A stretch of 64,000 nt of DNA from an uncultured delta proteobacterium (GCA_963724765.1 CAVRVY010000004.1:768001-832000); one strand, 5' to 3'. Counted from the first letter of the stretch, positions 17,757-27,498 are shown. Notes: generated by a model from the letters alone, not told the origin. Numbers and translations are program-made.

Positions 17757-19409
17757 TCATTCCATCGACGATTGCGACGCTTCGATCGCGGCGAACGGTA
17801 TCTGCTCGGCCGCAAGCGCGCTCACGTAGTATGCCTCCGGCGCGCCCCACACCAGCGCCGGCTCCGCGCGATTGCCGACGCCGATCGGATGCGCGAAGAC
17901 CTGCTCGATGTTGGCGTTGATCCGGAGCGCGTTGGGCGCGAGCGGCGCGGCCAGCACGCCATTGCGAATCAGGTAGGAGTCGCCGCTCACCGTGCAGGTG
18001 AAGTCACCCGCGCGCTGCCCGTTTATCGGATAGGTGTACCAGACCCTGCCGACGTAGAGGCCCTCGCCCACCGCGCGAATCAGCTCGCGCTCACTTTTTC
18101 CGCCGCGGGCGCGCATTACCACGTTGGTCGCGGCCGAGCCCGGATTCGCGTCGAAGCGGCGCACAGCGCTCTCGCCCAGGCGATATCCGCTGTTGGGCGG
18201 AAAGCTCGCCTGCTCGGCGCCGAGCGGCCCCAGCTTCTCGGCGCGATGCTCGTCGGTCGCCAGCCGATGACCGTCGTAGAAATTCGAAAGCAGCCCAACG
18301 AGCCGCCCGTCCCGAATCATTATCGTGCGGCGCGCCGGTAGCCCCTCACACGTAAGCCGGCGGCGAATCGCGCCGCGAGCGGCCGCGGGATCGTCGAGCA
18401 GGCTCACCCTCTGGTCCATCACCTGCGCACCGAAGCGTCCATGATAAGCCGTGCTGGCGGCGTAAAACGCGCCGGTAGAGAGCGACGGAATCACCATGTA
18501 GTTGAGTATTTCCGCGACCGGCTGCGGGCCGAACACCACGCGATACGTGCCACCCGGCGACCGTTCGCCGCCGCCCAGCGCGAGCGCACGCACGACCGCG
18601 TCGCGCCCGGCCCGCGCCGCCGCCGCGCGCATCCCGCCGAGCGTCGCGCCGAGCGCCGACGCGGTGCCCTTGGCGCCGAGCGATTCGATAAGCGCCGTCA
18701 CCGTGGAGGTGAAGTGCGCGCCGGTCTCGGCCCGCACGTCGTCGAAGTTCGAACTCGCAAGCGCCATCCGGTCGCGCATGATCGAGACGTCGCCGCCCAG
18801 CACCAGGCCGGGCGCCGGCGTCTCGATCATGCGCGCCGCCGCCGGCGGCATGGTGAAAGCCTCGAGCGCACCGCCGACGATTTGCCATGCAGCCTCGACC
18901 AGCGCGGCGTCGCCCGCGCGCATCAGGCCGCCTGCCGATGCGTCGGCCGCACCGGCCGAACGGGCCCCACCTGGCGCGAGCTTGCGCGGTTTGCCGGGCA
19001 ACCCGGAAAACTGCGGCGTCCCGGGTAACCCGGGAAAATGTGGCGTCCCGGGTAACCCGGGAAAATGTGGCGTCCCGGGTAACCCGGGAAAATGCGGATC
19101 GACCAGCGCCGCGCTGCGTGCGCGAACAAGCGCCGCCCGCAGCGCTTCCAGGCTCAAGTCAGCGGCCTCGGTCGCGGTCCCGACCTCGCGTGCATCGCGG
19201 CGCATCACGATTCTGAGCGTGAAGCCGTCGGCCACGTGCGACTTCAACTCCTCGACACCGCGAGAGGCAATGTCTGAGGTATAGGCGAGACGCGCGACGC
19301 GATGCTCGGCCGAGGCGCAATAGACCTCGAACTCCGCGAGATCGCGCTCGCGCGCGAGCATCGCACGCGCCTCGCGTACGAAGTTTTTCAGTTCCGCCGC
19401 CGCACGCAT
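17757..19409 (-). CDS. pmbA: TldE/PmbA family protein with an internal tandem repeat
   Basis: Downstream of tldD; CEGLPAR..IRDGRLVGLL, TNVVM, GDFTCTVSG..IRNG; lacks HExxxH. Confidence 0.8.
   Translation of the reverse strand: MRAAAELKNFVREARAMLARERDLAEFEVYCASAEHRVARLAYTSDIASRGVEELKSHVADGFTLRIVMRRDAREVGTATEAADLSLEALRAALVRARSAALVDPHFPGLPGTPHFPGLPGTPHFPGLPGTPQFSGLPGKPRKLAPGGARSAGAADASAGGLMRAGDAALVEAAWQIVGGALEAFTMPPAAARMIETPAPGLVLGGDVSIMRDRMALASSNFDDVRAETGAHFTSTVTALIESLGAKGTASALGATLGGMRAAAARAGRDAVVRALALGGGERSPGGTYRVVFGPQPVAEILNYMVIPSLSTGAFYAASTAYHGRFGAQVMDQRVSLLDDPAAARGAIRRRLTCEGLPARRTIMIRDGRLVGLLSNFYDGHRLATDEHRAEKLGPLGAEQASFPPNSGYRLGESAVRRFDANPGSAATNVVMRARGGKSERELIRAVGEGLYVGRVWYTYPINGQRAGDFTCTVSGDSYLIRNGVLAAPLAPNALRINANIEQVFAHPIGVGNRAEPALVWGAPEAYYVSALAAEQIPFAAIEASQSSME
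18994..19097. repeat. 27-bp tandem repeat x ~3.9 (PHFPGLPGT) in tldE
   Basis: CCGGGTAACCCGGGAAAATGTGGCGTC: two exact copies plus two variants. Confidence 0.95.
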
Positions 19410-19427
19410 CGCCGCCTCATTTCGCGC

Positions 19428-21023
19428 TCATCCACCGCCGAGCCGCGCCCGCGAGCGCATCGTCGGCCCGCCGTTGGACATCCGCTTGACCTGCATCGGC
19501 TGCCCCTTGCCGCAGTTGGGGATCGCGATCAAGCGCAGATCGTTGCCGACCGCGTCGACGTGCAGGAAGAACTGCTTGGAATCGGCAATCACGCTCCCCG
19601 CGCGGTAGAGCCGGCCCACTCGGCCGTGGTCGATTTCGTAGACCCGGCGCGCCGAGATGCGGAAGTTCTCGCGCGATTCCGCGATCGACGGGACCGCGCT
19701 GCCGCAAATGTAGTAGCCGTGCTCGACGTCGGCGATGATCTGTTGCGGATCGCTCTCTCCGGCCATCAGGAAGGTGTTCGACATCCGGATGAGCGGGAAG
19801 TAAAAGACTTCGCTCGCGCGCGCCGATCCGTTGGGCTCGACGCCGAGCACGGCGGCCGTGTCACGCGAGTTGAGAAAGCCGCGAAAGACTCCCTTTTCGA
19901 CGTGCGTCACGCGCCGCGCGCGCGTCCCCTCATGGTCGTAGCGGTAATGGCCGTAGCCGTCGAGGCTGGGGTCGGAGCAGGCGCTCATCAGCGGCGAGCC
20001 GACCTGGCGGCCGACCTCGTTGTCCTGGAGCGAGCGCAAAAACCAGCTCCGTCCCGCGTACGCCGCCTCCATCTTGAGCGCGCGGTCGGCCTCGCTAGGA
20101 TGGCCGATGATCTCGTGCGAGACCAGCGCGTTGAAATGCGGGTCGGTGACCACCGTGACTTCGGCGTCGGGCGGTTTGAGCACCGGCGCCGCGGCCAGTT
20201 CGCGCGCCTCGCCTGCAAGCTCGAGCGCGAACGTGAGCAGGTCCGGATTCGGCATCAGCTCGCCGCGCCATCCGTCGCAGAGGCACTCCAGGCCGCGCTG
20301 CTGCCCGATCGTGTCGTATATTTCCTGATGGCCGTCGCCGTTTTGCGCCACGATGTAGCAGTCGCCCTGCGAAAACGCGAAGCCCTGGCTGATGAGGGTA
20401 CCCTCGCTGCTGATGAACAGTTCTTCGCGCAGCTCGCTCAGCGCCGCGACCGCGTTGAACGCGATTTCCGGGCCGAGCCCAGCCACGCGGGCCGAGGCCT
20501 CGCGGCATAAACGCTTGAGATCGCCGGGGTCGAGCGTGCGCGGGTCGCGCTTGTAGACGGCCGCGACCTCGTCGTGCACCGCGGCGCGCGGCGCCGGCGC
20601 CGCGCTCGCGAGGCTCCGCGCGCATCCGTAGATTCCCGAGCCTCCATTGAGCGCGCGGATCAGCGCGGCCTTCTCGCGCGCGCCAAGCCGCGCGCGCTCG
20701 TAGGCTTCGCCGAGACCCGCGCGGATGGCCGCGAGCAGCTGCGCCGGCCGCAGCGCAAGGCGGCCGACTTCGACTCCGGTCTGGCCGGTGCTGGAGGCGC
20801 CGGTGCGCTCGGTGACCCGCACGTTCACACTGAAGCCGGCGCTCTCGCCCTCGTGAGCCGATCGCGCCTCGCCGTCTGTCGCAGAGCTGGAACGGCTGAA
20901 CATCGCCTCGAAGCGCAAATCGGCGTAGACCGCACCGCGATGGCTGCGGATGAAGGCGCGCAGCAGATCGGGGCCCTCTTTCTTGAGCAGCCCGGCCGCG
21001 CCAAACAGATCCGTGGATTTCAT
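19428..21023 (-). CDS. tldD: TldD metalloprotease
   Basis: HEIIGHPSEADR (HExxxH), YDHEG, IRMSNT, CGKGQPMQ, GGP. Confidence 0.9.
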   Translation of the reverse strand: MKSTDLFGAAGLLKKEGPDLLRAFIRSHRGAVYADLRFEAMFSRSSSATDGEARSAHEGESAGFSVNVRVTERTGASSTGQTGVEVGRLALRPAQLLAAIRAGLGEAYERARLGAREKAALIRALNGGSGIYGCARSLASAAPAPRAAVHDEVAAVYKRDPRTLDPGDLKRLCREASARVAGLGPEIAFNAVAALSELREELFISSEGTLISQGFAFSQGDCYIVAQNGDGHQEIYDTIGQQRGLECLCDGWRGELMPNPDLLTFALELAGEARELAAAPVLKPPDAEVTVVTDPHFNALVSHEIIGHPSEADRALKMEAAYAGRSWFLRSLQDNEVGRQVGSPLMSACSDPSLDGYGHYRYDHEGTRARRVTHVEKGVFRGFLNSRDTAAVLGVEPNGSARASEVFYFPLIRMSNTFLMAGESDPQQIIADVEHGYYICGSAVPSIAESRENFRISARRVYEIDHGRVGRLYRAGSVIADSKQFFLHVDAVGNDLRLIAIPNCGKGQPMQVKRMSNGGPTMRSRARLGGG

Positions 21024-21073
21024 CGCCGGCGCATCAGGTTGGAAAAGAGCAGCGCGACAGCGAGAGCGAGGCC

Positions 21074-22273
21074 CTAGATTACGCCTTCCTCTTTGAGGCG
21101 TTCGACCTCGGCCGCGTCGAAGCCGAGATATTGAGCGAAGACTTCATTGTTGTGCTCGCCGAGCAGCGGCGCGCTCGTGACCTCGACCGGCGAATCCTCG
21201 AGTTTCACCGGGCATCCAGGCATCGTGAATTCGCCGCGCACCGGATGCTGCACGGTAACGATCATACCGCGCTCGCGCAGATGCGGGTCGTTGAGGAGCT
21301 CGACGCTGTCGAGCACTTTGCCGCAGGGCACGTCGGCCTCGCCCAGGATCCGCATCACTTCATGTTTGGTACGCTTCGTAGTCCACGCGTTGATCGCCGC
21401 GGTCAGTTCTTCGACGTGGTGAAGGCGCGAGCGGCGATCCTTGAAGCGCTCATCGACAGCCATTTCCGGCCGCCCGATCGCGGAGCACAGGTTGGTCCAC
21501 ATCTCGGGCGTCGTGCACAGGATATATACGTAGTCGTTGTCGCCGCCGGGGGCGCATGGATAAGTATCCGCTGGAGCGCCGGCGGAAATCCGGTTGCCCA
21601 TACGCGGGACCGGCTTGTGCGTGACGTACGTACCCATCATCGGCACGCGGCAGAAGTTGAGGATCGCGTCCTGCATCGAGAGCTCGACCTTCTGTCCCTT
21701 GCCGGTGCGCTCGCGCTGAATATACGCGGCCAGCAGGCCGATTGCCGCGTGCATCCCGGTGCCGGTATCGCCGATCGTCGGGCCGGGCTTCAGCGGCGGA
21801 GTCTCCGGCGTCCCGGTCAGCGCCATCGCGCCGCCCGAGGCCTGCGCGATCATGTCGAAGCTTTTGTATTTGCTGTAAGGGCCGTAAGTGCCGAAGCCTT
21901 TGATGGTCAGGTAGATGAGGCGCGGGTTGATCTCATGCAGCCGCTCCCATCCGAAGCCCCAGCTCTCCAGCGTGCCGAGCGAAAAATTCTCGGACAGGAT
22001 GTCGACCTTCTTTACCAATTCGATAAAAATTTTCTTGCCGCGCTCGTCCTTGAGGTTGAGCGTGATCGAGCGCTTGTTGGCGTTGAGCAGCATGAAGTAG
22101 TGCGAGTCGACGCCGGGCTTTTCGGTCAACTGCCAGCGCCCCTGCTCCCCCTTGCCCGGCGCTTCCAGCTTGATTACGTCCGCGCCCAGCCATGCCAGCA
22201 TTTCGGTGCATGAAGTGCCGGCCTCGAACTGCGTCAAGTCGAGGACCTTTACGCCTGCCAATGCCTTGTCCAT
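21074..22273 (-). CDS. Class III CoA-transferase (formyl-CoA transferase-like, CaiB/BaiF)
   Basis: LDLTQFEAGTSCT, NANKRSITLNLK, GDTGTG catalytic Asp, APLLGEHN. Confidence 0.9.
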   Translation of the reverse strand: MDKALAGVKVLDLTQFEAGTSCTEMLAWLGADVIKLEAPGKGEQGRWQLTEKPGVDSHYFMLLNANKRSITLNLKDERGKKIFIELVKKVDILSENFSLGTLESWGFGWERLHEINPRLIYLTIKGFGTYGPYSKYKSFDMIAQASGGAMALTGTPETPPLKPGPTIGDTGTGMHAAIGLLAAYIQRERTGKGQKVELSMQDAILNFCRVPMMGTYVTHKPVPRMGNRISAGAPADTYPCAPGGDNDYVYILCTTPEMWTNLCSAIGRPEMAVDERFKDRRSRLHHVEELTAAINAWTTKRTKHEVMRILGEADVPCGKVLDSVELLNDPHLRERGMIVTVQHPVRGEFTMPGCPVKLEDSPVEVTSAPLLGEHNNEVFAQYLGFDAAEVERLKEEGVI

Positions 22274-22322
22274 CCGAGTCCTCCTCCTGTCGAGACCTCC
22301 TGCCGAGCCTCGGCGTGGGAGC

Positions 22323-22371
22323 TAATTGATCCGTTGTAGCGCCTCGGATTATCCCCGGCAAGCGCGGGATG
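22323..22371 (+). repeat. Left copy of ~50-bp imperfect direct repeat
   Basis: TAATTGATCCGTTGTAGCGCCTCGGATTATCCCCGGCAAGCGCGGGATG; its 19-bp core is identical at 23914-23932. Confidence 0.88.
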
Positions 22372-22384
22372 AGCGAATCGCGTA

Positions 22385-23856
22385 TCAGCGTGAGCGCACC
22401 TGAAGATGCGGCAACTCGGCAACGGTTCGCGGATAGCAAGCGTCCATCTTTGCGATCACGGCCGGTGGCGAGATATCAAACGCGCTCATCACCAGCACGG
22501 GCGCGGCGCCGCATTGACCGTCTGCCGCGGTTACGTCGTTACGCCGGCTTGGCGGCATGTAAAAGCGCACGACGTTGATGCAATAGGGGGGAAACACCGC
22601 GACCTTGCCCCCGCGGGTTCGTTGTGCTGCCAGCAGCGTCGCGTCGCGCCAGGCGGCTTCATCAGAACGCCTCAGCCGGTCGTGCACCGGGGGCACGGAG
22701 AGATGATATGAGCACTATGGCCAGGACAATGCGCAAAGCGGTGGAGCGCACCGACGCGGCTCCGAACGCGGCAAAAGCGAACATCCCGACGAACGATATA
22801 AGCACGTAGCGCGGAAACTCTAGCGGATGGATAAGATATGTCACCGCCATCACCGCCAGAATTGGGCCGGCAATCCACACGGCGAAAAACTCCGCCGCCC
22901 GCCGCGCCGAGCGCCATTGCCGCCAAACCCCGAAGGCGGCGAGCGCCACAAAGATCCAGAACAGCGCTATGGTTACCGGTCGAGTCGTGCAGAGTCGTGT
23001 ATGGCCACGAGATAGGCTGCTTCTTGATCCAATCGATCGCGCCCCACTATCACCGCCGCTCGCCACGAGGAGGCCGCCGCGCGAGGCAGCCAGGGCATGA
23101 GGAGTGCGATTCCTGCCACCACCGCACAGCCGGGACCGAAAACCGCCAACCGTCGAGACTGTGCATCCCAGAGCCGCGCGAGCAGCAGCCAGCCGAGCCA
23201 CAACGCTTCCGCAACCATCAGAAACGTAGAGGTAAAATTGCAGGCGATCATCAAGCCGGTGAAAATCGCGATCCCGACGTAGTTCAGGATACCGCCGCGG
23301 CGCTGGGCGCGAATAAAAAAAGTGATCTGCAAAAGTTCCGCGCACATCACAAGCGGATACATCCTGACCGTGCGGTCCGACAGCACCATCTCGAGATTGG
23401 TGGCGTACAGAAGCGCGGCGAAGGCTCCGGCCAGCTCGCCAACCGGCGAACTGCGGCCCGTCCGGCGTCGTCGGCCAGCGAGCGGCAGATCTCACGCACG
23501 GCGACGAAGACCAGAACTATCGCGATGGTCCCCAACGCGGCCGACATCGCGCGCATCGCGAACAGGCTGTCGCCGAAGATCCCTATCCATCGATGCAGCA
23601 TCGATGTCATAAAGCGCGAGCTTGCCAGGGTCGAGCTGCCGCTCCAGCTTAGCCACCTGCTCCGCGCTGGGCAGCGGAGGCGGCTGCCCAGGACGCTGCC
23701 TCGTCTCCGCTCATGTCGAAGCGTGCCAGGCGATGGAAGCGCAGATGCGCGCCGACGATGAGCGCGATCACCAGCAGAAGGAGCGCGAACAACCGCGTCG
23801 AGCGCCACGCCCAAAGCGCCAGGTCTTTGAAAGTTTGGCCGTTGTAGCACTGTCAT
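22385..23856 (-). pseudogene. Frameshifted GT-C (GT39/PMT/ArnT-like) membrane glycosyltransferase
   Basis: Fragments in alternating frames: LRFHRLARFDMSGDEAASW, PGKLALYD, LHRWIGIFGDSLFAMRAMSA, DRTVRMYPL, FPRYVL, WRDA; at least 6 frameshifts. Real decay or sequencing indels. Confidence 0.8.
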
Positions 23857-23881
23857 CAGATGACAGTCGGAGCGAAGCGAA

Positions 23882-23932
23882 TAATTGATACCTTGTAACT
23901 GCCTCGGGTCATCCCCCGGCAAGCGCGGGATG
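23882..23932 (+). repeat. Right copy of ~50-bp imperfect direct repeat
   Basis: TAATTGATACCTTGTAACTGCCTCGGGTCATCCCCCGGCAAGCGCGGGATG aligns with 22323-22371; offset about 1561 bp. Confidence 0.88.
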
Positions 23933-23986
23933 CTGCGCCGTCGTGCGCGCGCGGGCGCGGTCTGCTAAGAATTTGATGGGGTATCG

Positions 23987-25108
23987 ATGTCCAACGCCGC
24001 AGCCAGTCTCGCGCGCATCCGCGAGGAACTCAACCACAACTTCCAGGAACGCGCCGAGCTGATCGACGGCGCGCTCTGCGCGCTCCTTTCGGGCAGCCAC
24101 GTGCTCATCATCGGGCCGCCGGGCACGGCCAAGTCGATGCTGTCCGACGAGCTCTGCCGGCGAATCGAGGGCGCCAACTATTTCCAGTGGCTGCTGACCA
24201 AATTCAGCACGCCCGAGGAGATTTTCGGCGCGGTAAGCCTGAGCGGTCTGGAGCACGACGACTACCGGCGCGTGACCTTGCACAAGCTGCCCGAGGCGCA
24301 CATCGCGTTCCTCGACGAGATCTTCAAATCCAACTCGTCGATCCTCAACGCGCTCCTGACCATCATCAACGAGCGTCTGTTCCATAACGGGCGCGAGCGC
24401 GTGCGCGTCCCGCTGATCACGATGTTCGGGGCCTCCAATGAGCTGCCCGACGAGGAAGAGCTGACCGCGCTCTACGACCGTTTCATGCTGCGCTTCACCG
24501 TCGACTACATCGCCGAGGAATTCCGTTTCCTCAAGATGCTCGAGGGGACGCGTTCCACCGCGCGCACCACGCTCAGCTTCGCCGAGCTCGACGAGTTGCG
24601 CGCGCTGACTCAGTCGGTCGAAATGCCGGGCAGCGTGCTCACCGCCATCGCCGAGTTGCGCCGCGAGCTCGGACGCCAGCAGATCGTGGTTTCCGACCGA
24701 CGCTGGCGCAACTCGCTCGACGTGCTGCGCGCACACGCCCTCCTGTCCGGCCGCGCGATCGTCACCGAGGACGACCTCGGCTTTCTCGAACACGTACTGT
24801 GGAAGGACCCCGAGGAGCATCCCAAGGTCCGCGACGCGATCCATCGGCTGGTCAAAGGCTACGAGGAACAGGCGCGCGAGTTCCTGATCCAGAGCCAGGA
24901 GCTGCGCGAGTACGCCGAGCGCGCATGGGAGAGCGACGAGTTGCGCAGCCGCGCACTGGTCGAGGCTCACACCAAGATCGCCAACATCCTGGTCCGCTTC
25001 GACCACCTCGTGCGCGAGGCCGCCGAGAGCGGACGCACCGTGCGAGGCGTCGAGAAGATGCGCTCGCAGGTCAAGGAAATCCAGCAGTCGATGCTGCGCC
25101 GGATCTAG
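23987..25108 (+). CDS. MoxR-class AAA+ ATPase (RavA-like)
   Basis: Walker A GPPGTAKS, Walker B FLDEIFK, ASNELP, LYDRF, VSDRRW. Confidence 0.88.
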   Translation: MSNAAASLARIREELNHNFQERAELIDGALCALLSGSHVLIIGPPGTAKSMLSDELCRRIEGANYFQWLLTKFSTPEEIFGAVSLSGLEHDDYRRVTLHKLPEAHIAFLDEIFKSNSSILNALLTIINERLFHNGRERVRVPLITMFGASNELPDEEELTALYDRFMLRFTVDYIAEEFRFLKMLEGTRSTARTTLSFAELDELRALTQSVEMPGSVLTAIAELRRELGRQQIVVSDRRWRNSLDVLRAHALLSGRAIVTEDDLGFLEHVLWKDPEEHPKVRDAIHRLVKGYEEQAREFLIQSQELREYAERAWESDELRSRALVEAHTKIANILVRFDHLVREAAESGRTVRGVEKMRSQVKEIQQSMLRRI

Positions 25109-25126
25109 CCCGCAGCCCGCGAAGAC

Positions 25127-25906
25127 TTGCCGCCGATGCCAGCCGAGGAAGCCACGCCCGCGATCGTGCTCCGTACCCGCGACTACATGGACTCCGATCG
25201 CATCGTGACCCTGCTCACCGAGCAGGCGGGCAAGCTCGGCGGTATCGCCAAGGGCGCCAAGGCCTCGCGCCGGCGCTTCGAGCATCGGCTCGAACCGTTC
25301 TCGCACGTGATGCTGTATTTTCGCCGCCGCCCGCACGGCCAGCTCGTCTTCATCACGCGCGCCGAAGCGGCCGGCTTGCAGCCATTCCGCCTGGAGGACG
25401 ACCTCGGCCGCCTCGCGCTCGGCGCGTACATGCTGGAACTGGCCGAAGCGCTGACCTCCGAAGATGCGGAGGCGTTCGGCGCGTACCATCTGCTGGCCGA
25501 GGCGCTCGCCGCACTCGCCGTGGGCGAGGCCACCACGGCGCTGCGTCAGGCCTACGAACTCAGGATGTTCAGATGGGCTGGGTTCGGGATGCAGTTCGAC
25601 CGCTGCCGCGTTTGCGCCGAGAGCCAGGCCGGCTCGGCCGCGGTCTATTTCATTATCGGGCGCGGCGGGATCGTTTGCGCGCGATGCCGCGAGCGCACGC
25701 CCGAGGGCGGCATCCGGCTTGGCGCGGCCAGCGCGGCGGCGCTAGTCGAATTGGGAGGGATATCGTTGGCGGCCGCGTCGGCGGCGACGGCGGCGGGCGC
25801 CGACGGCGCGCTCGCGATCACGCGATTCATCGCGTCAGTGGTCGATCGCAAGCTCAGATCGGTTGAGTTCCTGGACTCCGTGATTGCGCCCGCGCCGCGC
25901 GCGTAA
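25127..25906 (+). CDS. recO: DNA repair protein RecO
   Basis: AIVLRTRDYMDSDRIVTLLT, AKGAKASRRRF, LEPF, CxxC...CxxC zinc finger. Confidence 0.92.
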   Translation: MPPMPAEEATPAIVLRTRDYMDSDRIVTLLTEQAGKLGGIAKGAKASRRRFEHRLEPFSHVMLYFRRRPHGQLVFITRAEAAGLQPFRLEDDLGRLALGAYMLELAEALTSEDAEAFGAYHLLAEALAALAVGEATTALRQAYELRMFRWAGFGMQFDRCRVCAESQAGSAAVYFIIGRGGIVCARCRERTPEGGIRLGAASAAALVELGGISLAAASAATAAGADGALAITRFIASVVDRKLRSVEFLDSVIAPAPRA

Positions 25907-25964
25907 CCGCAACATCGATGCAGGACGCATTCCCCTTCTCTCGTTGCACAGCGAGGTGCGACCG

Positions 25965-26948
25965 ATGAAAGCAATCCAATTCGACCGGCTCGGCGGCGCG
26001 GAAGTAATGGAGCTGCGCGAGGTGCCGAAGCCCGAGCTTCAGCCCGGAACAATCGTGGTCAAAAACCGCGTGATCGCCGTCAATTTTGGCGACATACTTT
26101 TTCTCCGCGGCGAGTACCTGGTCAAACCGATGTTCCCGGACACTCCCGGCATGGAGGCGGCCGGCGTGGTCGAAGCTGTCGCGCCCGACGTGAAAGACAT
26201 CACACCCGGCGCGCGCGTCGCGTACATCGGGATGGGCGCGTATGCCGAATACATGCGAATTCGCCGCTCACGCGCGATTTCGCTGCCCGACTTCATGGAC
26301 TTTGAGCAGGGCGCGGCGTTTCCCATCGCCGTGCTCACCGCCTGGCACCTGCTCCATAGCTGCCATCAGATAACTGCGAGACAAACCGGGGCGGAACAAA
26401 CCGTGATCGTCCATTCAGCGGCGGGTGGAGTCGGTATCGCGGCGGTCCAAATCGCTAAAGCCGCGGGAGCGCGGGTCATCGGCACCGTCTCGAGCGACGA
26501 CAAAATCGACTTAGTGCGAAAATTCGGCGCCGACGAGGTGATCAACTACGCAACTCATGACTTCGCGGCGGAGGCGATGCGGCTAACCGGCGGGCGCGGC
26601 GTCGATCTGATCCTCGACGCGGTCGGCAAACCCACGCTAACCAAGGGACTTGGATGTCTTGCGCCATTCGGGCACCTGGTGCTTTACGGCCGCGCCGGAA
26701 GAATACCCGGTCCGTTGAATCCGATGATTCTATTCGGCAAGGCGCTCAAGATAAGCGGATTCGCGGTGCCGATGGTGTATGCGATGCACGAGATCCATCG
26801 CCGCGGCCTGGACGACGTATATCGGCTCGCGCGTGAAGGCAAGCTGACGGTACCGATCGGCAAAAGATTTGCGCTCGCCGACGCGGTCGAGGCGATTCGC
26901 TACCTCCAATCGCGTCAGCCGACGGGAAAATTGTTGCTGCTTCCCTGA
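25965..26948 (+). CDS. NADPH:quinone oxidoreductase family (MDR, zeta-crystallin-like)
   Basis: VNFGD, PGMEAAG, GAYAEY, HSAAGGVG, GRGVDLILD. Confidence 0.9.
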   Translation: MKAIQFDRLGGAEVMELREVPKPELQPGTIVVKNRVIAVNFGDILFLRGEYLVKPMFPDTPGMEAAGVVEAVAPDVKDITPGARVAYIGMGAYAEYMRIRRSRAISLPDFMDFEQGAAFPIAVLTAWHLLHSCHQITARQTGAEQTVIVHSAAGGVGIAAVQIAKAAGARVIGTVSSDDKIDLVRKFGADEVINYATHDFAAEAMRLTGGRGVDLILDAVGKPTLTKGLGCLAPFGHLVLYGRAGRIPGPLNPMILFGKALKISGFAVPMVYAMHEIHRRGLDDVYRLAREGKLTVPIGKRFALADAVEAIRYLQSRQPTGKLLLLP

Positions 26949-26991
26949 AGTGGCGGCGCGGCCGCGGCCGCACACGCCGGGGTATGCCGCT

Positions 26992-27498
26992 TCAGTCGGC
27001 GACCATCCTGATACGCCGGATGCCGCAGTGCGGCTCGATCCCCATGCGCTGATAGTAACGCTGATGGTATTCCTCGGCGCGATAGAATATCGCGGCTGGA
27101 ACAATCTGGGTGACGATGGGTCTGCCCAGCACGCCCGATTCGTCGAGACGCTTCAGTGAGGTTTCCGCCGCCGCCTTCTGTCTGAAGTCGTGGTAGAAGA
27201 TCACCGAGCGATATTGAGTGCCGACATCGGGTCCCTGCCGATTCACCGTGGTCGGGTCGTGAATCTCCCAGAACAGCTGCAGGAGTTGTTCGTACGAGAC
27301 TCGCGCGGGATCGTATTCCACCTGGACCACTTCGGCGTGTCCGGTCCGGTCAGAGCAGACCTGGCGATAGGTCGGATGCTTAACCGAGCCGCCCATGTAT
27401 CCCGAGGTCGCGGCAGTAACGCCATCGAGCTCGCGGAACGCCGCCTCGACGCCCCAGAAGCATCCGCCGCCAAAAGTGGCTATTCGTTTTCGCGCCAT
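26992..27498 (-). CDS. msrA: Peptide-methionine (S)-S-oxide reductase
   Basis: [32 protein letters not shown]. Confidence 0.96.
   Translation of the reverse strand: MARKRIATFGGGCFWGVEAAFRELDGVTAATSGYMGGSVKHPTYRQVCSDRTGHAEVVQVEYDPARVSYEQLLQLFWEIHDPTTVNRQGPDVGTQYRSVIFYHDFRQKAAAETSLKRLDESGVLGRPIVTQIVPAAIFYRAEEYHQRYYQRMGIEPHCGIRRIRMVAD

Noticed and set aside
18994-19097. Repeat arrays (also 6614-6701 and 55562-55690) as possible CRISPR
   Set aside because: Units are directly adjacent with no unique spacers, and there are no cas genes.
17757-21023. TldD/TldE as part of a RiPP cluster
   Set aside because: No precursor peptide, YcaO or other maturase nearby; likely housekeeping.
22323-23932. Flanking repeats as integron attC sites
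   Set aside because: No RYYYAAC...GTTRRRY paired ends or extended attC palindrome, and no intI.
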